Counted from the stretch's first letter, positions 12,526 through 22,251 are shown. The stretch: DNA of 64,000 nucleotides from Nitrospirales bacterium (GCA_965223295.1 CBDCWC010000003.1:1216001-1280000), one strand, 5' to 3'. Notes: generated by a model from the sequence alone, not told the origin. Numbers and translations are program-made.

Positions 12526-13461
12526 TTAAGGAATGCTGAGTGCATTCAGCATAGAATGAAGATTAAATTCAATCAGTTTTTCATAGGTGTCAATTCCTGG
12601 ATTTCCCCCGACCATAATAAGAAATTTTGCGACCGTGGATCCAGTTTGGTCGGCCACCCAATTTGGAAGTCGTTCGGGATAATGCGGTTCGCGCAACACC
12701 AGGCCAACCTTCTGTTCCTTCATTCGATCCACTAACCAGACCAAATGCCCTTGAGTCGGTTCAATTCCCGGTTTAATTTCAATTTGAGCGACTTCCTGTA
12801 ATCCAAATCGTTCCGCAAAATAAATCGTATCTTGATGGTAAGAGACAAACTTTACTCCACGGAGTGGTTTGGCAAGTTGTTGCCACTCAATGAGCTTCTT
12901 GTCCAGATGCGCATGAAATTTTTGTACATTGGCTTGAAAATGAGGTTCCCCCACAGGAAAAGCCTTTGACAGTCCATCAGCAATCGTCTGTGCCATGACC
13001 TTGGCGTAGACTGGATCAAGGTTAAAATGTGGATTTCCGAGTGGATGAACATCACCCTCACGCCGAAGTAATGATTTGGGAACCTGCTTGGGGTTGATGT
13101 TCCAGGCGCAATTAATCAATCCTTCATTTCCGGGAAGAATTTTAGGGTTTCTGGCTACATCAACTAACGCCGGTAACCAGGAATGTTCGGCGTCCAGTCC
13201 CAATATCACCAGAACATCGGCTCGATTCAGTTTTGGGACAAAACTCGGTTTGATCGGCACCCCATGTGGATCTTCCACGCCTTTGGCCAAGCTCTCCACC
13301 GACACAAACTTTCCTCCGATCCTGGCGGTAAAGTCCGCCAGATCGGGGATAGAAGTCACAACCTGAATTTTCCCTCCTTCATCAAGATTCGGGCGTTCAG
13401 CCATCCCGAGTGAGCAGCCCAGGAGGAACAACAAAAGAAGGTTCTTGAATCTCTCTCTCAT
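12526..13461 (-). CDS. znuA: Zn/Mn (cluster A-I) substrate-binding protein
   Basis: Signal peptide, DPH, GNPHFNLDP and SYH metal ligands; metal identity not provable from sequence. Confidence 0.85.
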   Translation of the reverse strand: MRERFKNLLLLFLLGCSLGMAERPNLDEGGKIQVVTSIPDLADFTARIGGKFVSVESLAKGVEDPHGVPIKPSFVPKLNRADVLVILGLDAEHSWLPALVDVARNPKILPGNEGLINCAWNINPKQVPKSLLRREGDVHPLGNPHFNLDPVYAKVMAQTIADGLSKAFPVGEPHFQANVQKFHAHLDKKLIEWQQLAKPLRGVKFVSYHQDTIYFAERFGLQEVAQIEIKPGIEPTQGHLVWLVDRMKEQKVGLVLREPHYPERLPNWVADQTGSTVAKFLIMVGGNPGIDTYEKLIEFNLHSMLNALSIP

Positions 13462-13518
13462 GATGTGTACTTATGGGAATGTTGAAATTTTCATGATTCA
13501 ACACGACTCCTATCGAAA

Positions 13519-15240
13519 TTACTCTCTTTCCGTAAACCCGTGTTGATGACTGCCGATGACCACCTGCCATTGCAGCAACACTTGATTTTGTGGATCAAAG
13601 GTATTGCCGTAGCGGCTATGATTATATTGCAACACCAAACGGTGAAACTCGCTTGGATAGTACGTGATATAGGGGGAGTATGTCACAGCAGACGTTCGAC
13701 TTCCTGAGGTGTTGACTGTACTGCCCGGGTTCCCCGTTTTAGGATTGGTGACCAGGGCAGGTTCGCTCGGCATTTGGTGATAATCAAACCGGAAACCCGG
13801 ACGCCATTGTTTGTTCAACCGATATTCGACGTACGCATAGCCCCCCCAAGCCCCGCGAGATTTCGTGTTTCCAAAAATACTCCGGCGACCTTGTCCATAG
13901 TCATAAAGGATTTCCCCGTGAAACGAAAGACTTTGCCGTAACCCCCTTCCCAAAGGATACCAGCGATAGTGAAAATCCACATTAAAGGTGCGCCGATCAA
14001 TCGGATCGTCTTCATCCACGGCCAGGAATGCCAGTTCACTCGCCTCTGGCACTCGGGATTGCGGGGTGTAGAGAAATGAGAATCCTAATTCTACATTGTG
14101 ATCATCCGTGAGATCTTTATACGTACGCAGCGAACCAAAGAGAGTACTTCCCTGAATCACTTGGGTTCGAATATTACTCAATGGGCCTTCCCCCACGAAC
14201 CCAAAATTAAACCCATATCCAGCGGTCAGCGCTAAATACGTATCCGTCGGTGCCAGCCATGATAGCTCTATCCCGTCCGTTCGATTTCCATTGCCCATAT
14301 ACAAGGCTAAGGTTGGAGGAATATCAATTTGGGGTAAATCATGAGCATGCCGTCGCCCTAAATACCCCCAATCCGCAAAAAACCGACCTCCGCGTATGGA
14401 CAGGTTATAAGGCAAAGAAGTCGTCTGTATGGCCGCCTCTTCGATCTCGAAAACCGCTTTTCCGAATTCTTCTGATCCGCGAGAATTCACCCCTTCGGCA
14501 TGCCCGGAGGCAATTAAATAGGCTCTGGCAAATGGATCGACATCTGCAGCCGCAAACAATTCGATCGTTCGAAGTGCAGAAGAAAAACCAGCAGGGAGTT
14601 TGGTTCCGATTTCTCCACCTGCATCGTCTCCATCGCCATCGACAAATCGCATGCGGCGTTGGGTATAGCCCCCTATCGTTTCAAACACAACCCCAAATGC
14701 TGGATTAAAACGATTTAGAATTTGTTGACGGCGGAGAATGCCCTTTTCTCTTGGTGTTTCTCCAATGTCCAGAACTGGAGGTACGTCCATCGGCATACCC
14801 CCTGCTCGATTGTATATATCCTTGGGCTTGGCAGAAGACTTCGCTCCAGGAAATCGATTCTCTAACGAAGGTCCGTGTGTTGAAGTTTCAGTTTCGGCAG
14901 GAGGATCCTGGAGAGGCCGTACATCCATCGGCATACCCCCTGTGCGATCAAGTAAATCTTTGGGCTTTGAAGATGATTTTGCCCCTGGGTATCGATTCTC
15001 TAACGAAGTCCCCTGTGAGGAACTTTCAGATTCATCTTGGGATGCGGCAGCTGCCAAGCGTACATCCTGAGATACATGCATTCGATGAATGTCTTCCCTA
15101 TAGCTATGTAATCCTTTGGAATTCTCGTATATGCTCGCAGCCCATGTTTCTGTTGAAATAAAAAATAGGATAGAAACGAGCAATAGGCCGAGCATTCTAA
15201 CCCCTAGAAATAGGGAAAATGTCTTTCTTATACGAAACAT
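13519..15240 (-). CDS. Outer-membrane beta-barrel/porin-like protein of the metal uptake operon
   Basis: Signal peptide, amphipathic beta strands, RRHAHD motif, C-terminal VIGSHQHGF; GGAGGG RBS. Confidence 0.7.
   Translation of the reverse strand: MFRIRKTFSLFLGVRMLGLLLVSILFFISTETWAASIYENSKGLHSYREDIHRMHVSQDVRLAAAASQDESESSSQGTSLENRYPGAKSSSKPKDLLDRTGGMPMDVRPLQDPPAETETSTHGPSLENRFPGAKSSAKPKDIYNRAGGMPMDVPPVLDIGETPREKGILRRQQILNRFNPAFGVVFETIGGYTQRRMRFVDGDGDDAGGEIGTKLPAGFSSALRTIELFAAADVDPFARAYLIASGHAEGVNSRGSEEFGKAVFEIEEAAIQTTSLPYNLSIRGGRFFADWGYLGRRHAHDLPQIDIPPTLALYMGNGNRTDGIELSWLAPTDTYLALTAGYGFNFGFVGEGPLSNIRTQVIQGSTLFGSLRTYKDLTDDHNVELGFSFLYTPQSRVPEASELAFLAVDEDDPIDRRTFNVDFHYRWYPLGRGLRQSLSFHGEILYDYGQGRRSIFGNTKSRGAWGGYAYVEYRLNKQWRPGFRFDYHQMPSEPALVTNPKTGNPGSTVNTSGSRTSAVTYSPYITYYPSEFHRLVLQYNHSRYGNTFDPQNQVLLQWQVVIGSHQHGFTERE
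14783..15006 (-). repeat. Intragenic tandem repeat, 138-bp (46 aa) period
   Basis: SLENRYPGAKSSSKPKDLLDRTGGMPMDV versus SLENRFPGAKSSAKPKDIYNRAGGMPMDV. Confidence 0.9.
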
Positions 15241-15246
15241 AGTCTA

Positions 15247-15375
15247 CCCTCCAAATTTTCTTAAATTTTTCCCTTTTGGGGATTTGGGGGAACAGGGCCA
15301 AAAGGTCACCATTCTCCAACAGGCCAAAAAAGAAATTGGTAAATAGAAATGTTTAAGAAGAATTAAGCGAGGGGA
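15247..15375 (-). promoter_or_regulatory. Predicted mRNA stem sequestering the porin-gene SD
   Basis: mRNA 5' arm CCCUC..AAUU-C-UUCUUAAA-CA-UUUC is complementary to 3' arm GAAA-AA-UUUAAGAA-AAUU..GGAGGG. Confidence 0.6.
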
Positions 15376-15686
15376 GGCGCTCGTGATCCATCTACACGAA
15401 GGCTTAAGGAAGATACCCATGACCGATGAGGATGGTAAGAAAAATCTTTTAGTTCACAAGTGAGACCGGACTTGTAAGAATCCTGAACATAGGATCCCCC
15501 AATGTGGTGCTCTACCCAGGTACAGAGGTCATGTTCGGCATGTTCATGTCCATCATGGTCAATTTCAGAAAACAGATGATGAACTTCAAGGGCCAACCCG
15601 AAGGGGACAGAGAAAAGGAGCACTCCACTAAGCAGGAGCAGAACTAAGAAGGTGAGTCGAAGTCGGGAAGAGCTTGTATCAGTCAT
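15363..15686 (-). CDS. His-rich exported leader peptide with C-terminal RAPP motif (DUF2946/CruR-like)
   Basis: Hydrophobic N-terminus, EVHHLFSEIDHDGHEHAEHDLCTWVEHH, ends SRAPPLA*. Confidence 0.8.
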   Translation of the reverse strand: MTDTSSSRLRLTFLVLLLLSGVLLFSVPFGLALEVHHLFSEIDHDGHEHAEHDLCTWVEHHIGGSYVQDSYKSGLTCELKDFSYHPHRSWVSSLSLRVDGSRAPPLA

Positions 15687-15719
15687 GGCTTGATTGGCCT
15701 TTTCAGAACCCGGAAGCGC

Positions 15720-15748
15720 AATTTAACAGGGAGAAAAGATGTAGTCAA
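15720..15748 (-). promoter_or_regulatory. Sigma70 promoter of the metal uptake operon
   Basis: Minus strand TTGACT-17 bp-TAAATT with TGn. Confidence 0.6.
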
Positions 15749-15753
15749 TGGAA

Positions 15754-15772
15754 ATTGCAAATAATTTGCAAT
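15754..15772. promoter_or_regulatory. Fur-family (Zur-like) operator
   Basis: Perfect 9-1-9 palindrome ATTGCAAAT-A-ATTTGCAAT next to the -35. Confidence 0.7.
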
Positions 15773-15923
15773 ATGAGATTGTCTTCTTCCTTAACGTTGT
15801 TCCTCGTTCACTCTAGGGCGACAATTTTGATTGTATCCCTGTCCTTCCTCGTTCAAATACATCCGGATTTTGGAACGCGCCATATCGGCTGAATACATAG
15901 AACGTCAATTCATCGCTTTATTA

Positions 15924-15946
15924 TGGCGGCTTTTTTCAACAGAGCC
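15924..15946 (+). repeat. Solo right end of MITE family A
   Basis: TGGCGGCTTTTTTCAACAGAGCC matches family A right ends. Confidence 0.6.
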
Positions 15947-16041
15947 AGTAATTTTCGACATCAGATGCTGCTTCAAAATCTGATGCCTATTTAGTTTTTG
16001 GCGATTTTCGGTTAACCTGTCCTATCTCTTAGGCCCGTCTC

Positions 16042-16863
16042 ATGGTTCAAGGTTGTAAAAACGCAGGGAGGGTACTGATGACAACTCGCTCTATGTTCTT
16101 TCTATTGCTGGTGTTCATAGCATTTCCTTACAGCCTCGAAGCCAAGATTCAGAGTAAAGTTGTTTCCTACTCCCTTGGGGACAACGCATATGAGGGATTT
16201 CTGGCATGGGATGACTCCGTGAGGGACAAAAGACCCGGCATTTTGGTTGTCCATGAATGGTGGGGCTTGAATGACTATGCCCGATCCCGTGCCGAGCAAC
16301 TAGCTGAAATGGGATATGTGGCATTTGCAGTGGATATGTACGGAAAAGGGAAAGTCACCGCACATTCTGAGAAAGCGAGCGAGTGGGCCAAATTGACGAC
16401 CAGCAAAGTAGACGAATGGTTTGGAAGAGCGCAAAAAGGTTTAAAGATACTTCAGGCTGATGAGAGGGTGGATCCCACCCGTTTAGCGGCTATTGGCTAT
16501 TGCTTTGGCGGGGCGACAGTCATGCAGCTGGTCTATGGCGGTGCTCCTGTTAAAGGGGTTGTGAGTTTCCATGGCTCGTTGCCCCTTCCGCCCAATTCTC
16601 CGAAGGTTACTGATGTCGTCAAGGTATTGATTGCCCATGGCAACTCCGATCCTTTTATTTCTTCAGAGCATATTGGCAAATTTCAAACGGCTCTCAATAC
16701 AGCAGGGATTGATTGGCAGATGATTGTCTATGGTGGAGCCCAACATAGTTTTACGAATCCCTCAGCTGATCAATACGGGTTGAAAGGGGCGAGGTATCAC
16801 AGGCAAGCTGATCTAAGATCCTGGATGCATATGAAACAATTTTTTGATGAACTGTTTCACTGA
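16042..16863 (+). CDS. Dienelactone hydrolase family protein (exported; true start probably 16078 or later)
   Basis: HEWWGLN, GYCFGG nucleophile motif, HG..D, HSFTNP. Confidence 0.93.
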   Translation: MVQGCKNAGRVLMTTRSMFFLLLVFIAFPYSLEAKIQSKVVSYSLGDNAYEGFLAWDDSVRDKRPGILVVHEWWGLNDYARSRAEQLAEMGYVAFAVDMYGKGKVTAHSEKASEWAKLTTSKVDEWFGRAQKGLKILQADERVDPTRLAAIGYCFGGATVMQLVYGGAPVKGVVSFHGSLPLPPNSPKVTDVVKVLIAHGNSDPFISSEHIGKFQTALNTAGIDWQMIVYGGAQHSFTNPSADQYGLKGARYHRQADLRSWMHMKQFFDELFH

Positions 16864-16987
16864 TTTCATTCCCATTCCATAACTGCCTAGAATAAATACT
16901 CGCCTCCATAGCTTTCCCCACTGTTCGTAGTCTCGTAATTCATTTGTTTCGATCTGATCTTTGAAGAGTTTAGGGGATCGTCCCTAT

Positions 16988-17177
16988 GGGACTGTTGAAT
17001 AATGATGATATTAACGGCCAAGTTTCGGCTCTGTGACGTCACATGTCAGTGGCTTCAGGTCTGTTCAAAAATGTCGTCCAGCAAGGCCGCAGCCATTTTT
17101 GTGCGCGGAGCGTATCGGTAATACGTGAGCACGGAAAACAGGCGAGAACGCCGCTGGCGGCTTTTTTCAACAAACCC
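16988..17177 (+). mobile_element. MITE family A copy 2 (190 bp)
   Basis: Ends GGGACTGTTGAA / TTCAACAAACCC; flanks CCTAT/TCTAT. Confidence 0.85.
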
Positions 17178-17249
17178 TCTATAGAAAAAACTTGTTCCTT
17201 TCCTATTCACCCCTCAAGTCGTCTGCCTGCCTGTCCGATGAATGTCTGT

Positions 17250-17714
17250 ATGAGACCAAAAGGTAGTGCAAAAAAATTAGAAGCAAGACGACGGCTAGCT
17301 GCGAGTATGCTGGCCAAAGGTCGAGGCATTCGTGAAGTGGCAAGAAAAATCGGCGCCGCACCATCTTCTGTGAAACGATGGAAGGATGCATTAGAAGAGG
17401 GTGGAAAAAATGCGTTGAAATCGAAACCCCACACGGGTCGTCCATCACGTCTTTCGGCTGCGCAACGCCAATCGCTTCTCAAAATTCTTCAACAAGGGCC
17501 ACGGGCTGCCAATGTTCGGGCTGATCAATGGACATGCCGGCGTGTGGGTACCGTAATTCGACGGTGTTTCGGCGTAAAATATCACCCGGACCATGTCAGC
17601 CGAATTTTGCGGGCCTTAGGTTGGAAGTATAAAGGGAAAAACAGCGTGCCTGCCAAGAGAAAGCCAATGCCAGGTCATGCTCAGTGGTCTAGCCTTTCAC
17701 GGCGTCACCGCTAG
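17250..17714 (+). mobile_element. IS630-family transposase N-terminal (HTH) fragment, no DDE domain
   Basis: MRPKGS..LEARRRLA, SSVKRW, GRPSRLS, WTCRRV, FGVKYHPDHVSRILRALGW. Confidence 0.8.
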
Positions 17715-17851
17715 CATTTCTTTCGCGTCGTTTGTCTGCTGTTCTCTCGAAGTGAACCTTGTGGTTCCGGCTTGAAGCTTGGACGAGGCCAGCTCTTCGT
17801 TGGCGATAAGTTTTTTCCCAAAACCGCCCTCTCCTCTCAAAAATCCAACAT

Positions 17852-18042
17852 GGGACTGTTCAATAATTCAATTTCAAGTTACGAAAACATGTTCAGTGCA
17901 GTGGAGACTTCGATGCCAGGGGAATGGTCAAAAAAGTCCGTTCAGCAAGGCCGCAGCCCTTTTTGCGCGCGGAGCGTACTGGTATTACATGAGCAACGGA
18001 AAAAGGGCAAGAACGCCGCTGGCGGCTTTTTTCAACATTCCC
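17852..18042 (+). mobile_element. MITE family A copy 3 (191 bp)
   Basis: Ends GGGACTGTTCAA / TTCAACATTCCC; exact 5-bp TSD AACAT. Confidence 0.88.
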
Positions 18043-18075
18043 AACATGTGTCAATCAAGAATGGGTTGATGTCTC

Positions 18076-18543
18076 TTAGTTGAGGGAAATAGTTGAATGT
18101 GGGTTGAAACGAATGGTTGGAACCGTGACGACGTTCAAAAACGAGCCTAAGCTTGTGATGGCCTTGGCAAATGTTTCAGAATCGACGGGTTTAGTCAAAT
18201 AGAAATTACATCCAATGGCATGGCACGTTTCCACTTCTTGTGGATTATCGGTCGTGGAGAGCATTAGTACAGGCACCCTTTTTAGTACCTCATGCCCTTT
18301 CAACACCCGCAACACTTCGATGCCGTTGACCCGGGGAAGATTAATATCAAGAAGCAAAAGGAATCGGTTCCCCATTTTACTTTGCTGTAACTGACTCGTT
18401 CCTAGTAAATAGTCTAGAGTTTCTTGCCCATCTCTTAAACGATGACAAGCTTTCTCTAAGCCGGCCCGGCGAAGATTTTTTTCAATGAGTGCTGCGTGCC
18501 CGTCATCATCCTCCGCGATAAGAACTGTCGTTTCAGGATTCAT
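18076..18543 (-). CDS. Single-domain response regulator (Rcp1-like)
   Basis: AEDD, LLDINLP, MLST, YLTKP; start MNPETT with GGAGG RBS. Confidence 0.9.
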   Translation of the reverse strand: MNPETTVLIAEDDDGHAALIEKNLRRAGLEKACHRLRDGQETLDYLLGTSQLQQSKMGNRFLLLLDINLPRVNGIEVLRVLKGHEVLKRVPVLMLSTTDNPQEVETCHAIGCNFYLTKPVDSETFAKAITSLGSFLNVVTVPTIRFNPHSTISLN

Positions 18544-19363
18544 GTTGTCCTCCCTCCTCAACTTCAACCGCTCGTGGAAAGTAGACATGGAAGGTCGTGC
18601 CCTTCCCTGGTAAAGATTCAACTTCAATCTTGCCCTGATGTCGATCAATAATCCGCTGCACGATCGCTAATCCCAACCCTTCTCCTTTTTCTTGTTGGGG
18701 CCCGAGCCGGTGAAACACCTGAAAAATTCGTGCATGGTGTTCAGGTGGAATTCCGATGCCATTGTCGGTAATCGCAAACTCGGACCAGCCATCCACGGTC
18801 TTTCCTTGAATCGAAATTTCTCCAGGTCGTTCCGGATCTAAATATTTTTGAGCATTATCTATGAGATTCGAAAACACTTGGGTCACAAGAACCTCATCAC
18901 CTATGCAGTCTGGGAGGTCTCCAATATGTACCGCGACCCCCTTGTGTTTCAATTGATACTCTAAAGAGGACACGATGCTCATCATCAAATGATTCATGGC
19001 TAACCGTTCCCATTGAATATCCATTTGCCCTAGCCGAATAAATCGGAGAATTCCCGAAGTCACGGTATTGACACTGTCCGCTCCCGCTCGAATAAATCGT
19101 ACGGCCTCTGGAATATCCTGCTTGACCAACGGATCAATACTTTCACGGACAGCCTCCGAGAGGGCCTCTTCCTCAAACAATGTTTTTAGGCGATCACAGG
19201 CCATGGTGAGTTCTTGACAAAAACCTTGAATGGTCACAATGGGCGCGCGAAGGTCATGAGAAATCACATGCATGAGCGTTTCCATATCCTGAGATAGGAC
19301 CTCTTGGGTTTCATCTGCTTGTTGAGAGAGGAGCGGTTTATCAGTCGGCCTCGGTGTCTCCAT
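18533..19363 (-). CDS. Soluble histidine kinase without input domain
   Basis: SHDLRAP H-box, NLIDNA, DNGIGI, GEGLGL. Confidence 0.92.
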   Translation of the reverse strand: METPRPTDKPLLSQQADETQEVLSQDMETLMHVISHDLRAPIVTIQGFCQELTMACDRLKTLFEEEALSEAVRESIDPLVKQDIPEAVRFIRAGADSVNTVTSGILRFIRLGQMDIQWERLAMNHLMMSIVSSLEYQLKHKGVAVHIGDLPDCIGDEVLVTQVFSNLIDNAQKYLDPERPGEISIQGKTVDGWSEFAITDNGIGIPPEHHARIFQVFHRLGPQQEKGEGLGLAIVQRIIDRHQGKIEVESLPGKGTTFHVYFPRAVEVEEGGQHES

Positions 19364-19810
19364 ACAATCCGCATTCCTTTCAATCAGCTACTAATACGAT
19401 CCTTCTGTTGTTCAAGTCGGACCGAGCACTACCGAAACTAGAGGAAGCTTTTCTCCCCTGCTAAGCACCATCTACTCTCAATCACGACAACAACGGGTTT
19501 AGATCAAAAGAGTGAAAAATGGCCACTCTCTTAATGTAATCCTTCAGAGCTTGAGATGCTGGAACGTCACGCGTATCTGTAATCAATAAAAAAACGGCCT
19601 GATGGATGCCCACCTTCAAGTAATGGAGGACATTGCGGCGTTAAGAAGATGAAAACGGAAAGAAGATATGAAAAAACATGATAGAAAAAGAGGATGCGAG
19701 AAAAAGTAAAAGTATGAATTGGGTCATTCATCGACTTATTGGTTGAATCTGATGAATCCTGAATGATTTGTTGTGATTATACAACATTTGAAAGCCATTT
19801 TCATAAAAGA

Positions 19811-21952
19811 CTATTTGACCAATAAGCCACCATATTGGACAAAAAATGGAACAAAGACTAATGATAAGATTGCCGAGAGTTTGATCAAAATATTGAGCGA
19901 AGGGCCGGAAGTGTCCTTGAGTGGATCACCCACGGTATCCCCAACCACGGCGGCTTTATGCGTTTCGGTCCCTTTCCCACCAAGATTTCCCTTCTCAATA
20001 TATTTCTTGGCATTGTCCCATGCCCCACCACTGTTAGAGGAAGAAATGGCAATGACCCCGCCTGCGACAAGGGATCCAGCCAGTACCCCCGCTACGGCTT
20101 GAATACCAAAGAGGAATCCTGCAACCAACGGGGTTCCCATGATCAAGACTCCTGGAGCAATCATTTCCTTGAGCGCCGCTTTTGTGGAAATAGCCACACA
20201 TTGCTCATAATCAGCTTCGGCTTTACCTTCCATCAGTCCGGGAATCGTCCGGAACTGACGCCGGACTTCCTCGATCATCTCATAGGCCGCAGATCCAACA
20301 GATTTCATCGTCATGGCCGAAAAGTATGACGGCAAAACCGCTCCGATAAAGAGACTTGTAAAGACTAAGGGATCAAGCAAATTAATGGTCCCTAGCAGAT
20401 CAAATTCTGGGCCATTTTGTTCTTTGAGCAACAAGTCAGCTCGGGTGAGAAAGGCGGCAAAAAGCGCCAGAGAGGTGAGAATCGCTGCACCGATTGCGAA
20501 CCCTTTCCCGATTGCTGCGGTCGTATTGCCTGCGGCATCCAACACGTCAGTCCGCTGACGGACATGTTCTGGCATCCCGGCCATTTCGGCAATGCCTCCC
20601 GCATTATCGGAAACCGGTCCATAGGCATCGATCGTCAACGCGATCACAAGCGTTCCCAACATGCCCAATGACGCGATCGCCACGCCATACATCCCTGCCA
20701 GCATCCAGGGAATATAGATGGCAAGACCAATAGCCAGATAAGGCCCGACAGCACTTTGATAGCCAAGTGCTAGTCCAAAAATGATATTGGTGGCGGAGCC
20801 TGTCTCACAGGATTTCGCCACTTCTCGGACGGGTCCATAATCGTGAGAGGTATAGTACTCCGTCATCAATCCCACGACGAGTCCAGCGATCAAACCAGTC
20901 AGAAAGCAGAAATATACTCCAAGATCGGTGTAAGCCTCACCCCCAATTTCAAACGTATCCGGAAGCATCCATTTCGTCACAAACAACATCACCACTGCCA
21001 TCAAGACACTGGAAATAATCAACATCTTTTTCAACGCCGGACCCACCTGATCCTCAGAGTCGACCTTAATCATCATCAAGGTCAGTAGACTCACAGGAAT
21101 CCCAATTGCAGAAATGAGTATGGGATACAACAACGCATCGACCATGCCAGAAAAGGCCACTGCGCTAATCACCATAGCAGCACAGGTACTTTCAGCACAG
21201 GACCCGAATAAATCAGCTCCCATTCCGGCCACGTCACCCACATTGTCACCCACATTATCCGCAATGACGGCAGGGTTTCGTGGGTCATCTTCTGGAATCC
21301 CCGCTTCCACTTTGCCCACTAAATCAGCTCCGACGTCTGCAGCCTTTGTGAAAATCCCTCCACCCACACGTGCGAACAAGGCGATAGATGACCCGCCCAG
21401 ACCAAATCCCGCAATGACTTCCATCAAAACATGTGTGGGAAGTTGTTCCGGCATGATGCTCGACAACACCAAATAAATCAGAAGCAATCCCAAAGCTGCC
21501 AAACCCACCAAGGCAAAGCCCATCACGGATCCCGAATGTAAGGCAACATTAAACGCTGTTGAAAGTGATTGATTCGCGGAGACTGTCGTTCGCACATTGC
21601 CCTGGGTCGCGATCTTCATGCCGATAAAACCGGAGGCAATCGAAATAATGGCTCCAAAAATAAAGGCAATGGCAGTGTAGAACCCTTCATTCACATAATC
21701 TGTGTGGTGGTCGTCAATGAGCAACGCAATAATTGCCGCAAAGACTGCCATGAAGATGGCCATAATCTTATATTCCTGTTTCAGGAATGCCATCGCCCCA
21801 CTTGCAATCGCCGCATGAATTTTCGCTAAACGTTGCTTGGTGTCTGTATCTTCGACACCCATGTCAATGGGAATCTTGTTGACTGATGAAGAATAATAAA
21901 ATGCCACGACCAATCCCAGAAGCGAGAGGGCCAGAGTAATTGTTACTGCCAT
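19811..21952 (-). CDS. hppA: Membrane-bound cation-translocating pyrophosphatase, K+-dependent type
   Basis: [40 protein letters not shown]. Confidence 0.97.
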   Translation of the reverse strand: MAVTITLALSLLGLVVAFYYSSSVNKIPIDMGVEDTDTKQRLAKIHAAIASGAMAFLKQEYKIMAIFMAVFAAIIALLIDDHHTDYVNEGFYTAIAFIFGAIISIASGFIGMKIATQGNVRTTVSANQSLSTAFNVALHSGSVMGFALVGLAALGLLLIYLVLSSIMPEQLPTHVLMEVIAGFGLGGSSIALFARVGGGIFTKAADVGADLVGKVEAGIPEDDPRNPAVIADNVGDNVGDVAGMGADLFGSCAESTCAAMVISAVAFSGMVDALLYPILISAIGIPVSLLTLMMIKVDSEDQVGPALKKMLIISSVLMAVVMLFVTKWMLPDTFEIGGEAYTDLGVYFCFLTGLIAGLVVGLMTEYYTSHDYGPVREVAKSCETGSATNIIFGLALGYQSAVGPYLAIGLAIYIPWMLAGMYGVAIASLGMLGTLVIALTIDAYGPVSDNAGGIAEMAGMPEHVRQRTDVLDAAGNTTAAIGKGFAIGAAILTSLALFAAFLTRADLLLKEQNGPEFDLLGTINLLDPLVFTSLFIGAVLPSYFSAMTMKSVGSAAYEMIEEVRRQFRTIPGLMEGKAEADYEQCVAISTKAALKEMIAPGVLIMGTPLVAGFLFGIQAVAGVLAGSLVAGGVIAISSSNSGGAWDNAKKYIEKGNLGGKGTETHKAAVVGDTVGDPLKDTSGPSLNILIKLSAILSLVFVPFFVQYGGLLVK

Positions 21953-22251
21953 ATTGAATACATCTCCATTGAGCTTAAGTGGGGGAAGAAATAAAAGATT
22001 GGACTGATTATTGTTATCAACAATGGAACAAGAAGTTGCGACATGACATATCTGCGCGTCTCATTTCTTCAGAAATAAAGAAACATACCGTACTTGTCTA
22101 TTCACAAGGTTCAATCAGACGAGCCTGGGGATAATACTGAGATGGATTGTCCGAAACTGGCTAGATAAAATAAGAACTCCGCATAATGAATGTTACATGT
22201 AGTGTTGTACGTACACAGACTACCCTAAATGTTGAAAATGAAGAGGGTTGT

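Noticed and set aside
17772-18083. ORFs over MITE copy 3, plus 22350-22574, 32735-32932, 50773-51081 and the N-terminal part of 17043-17714
   Set aside because: Repeat-derived reading frames with no independent coding evidence
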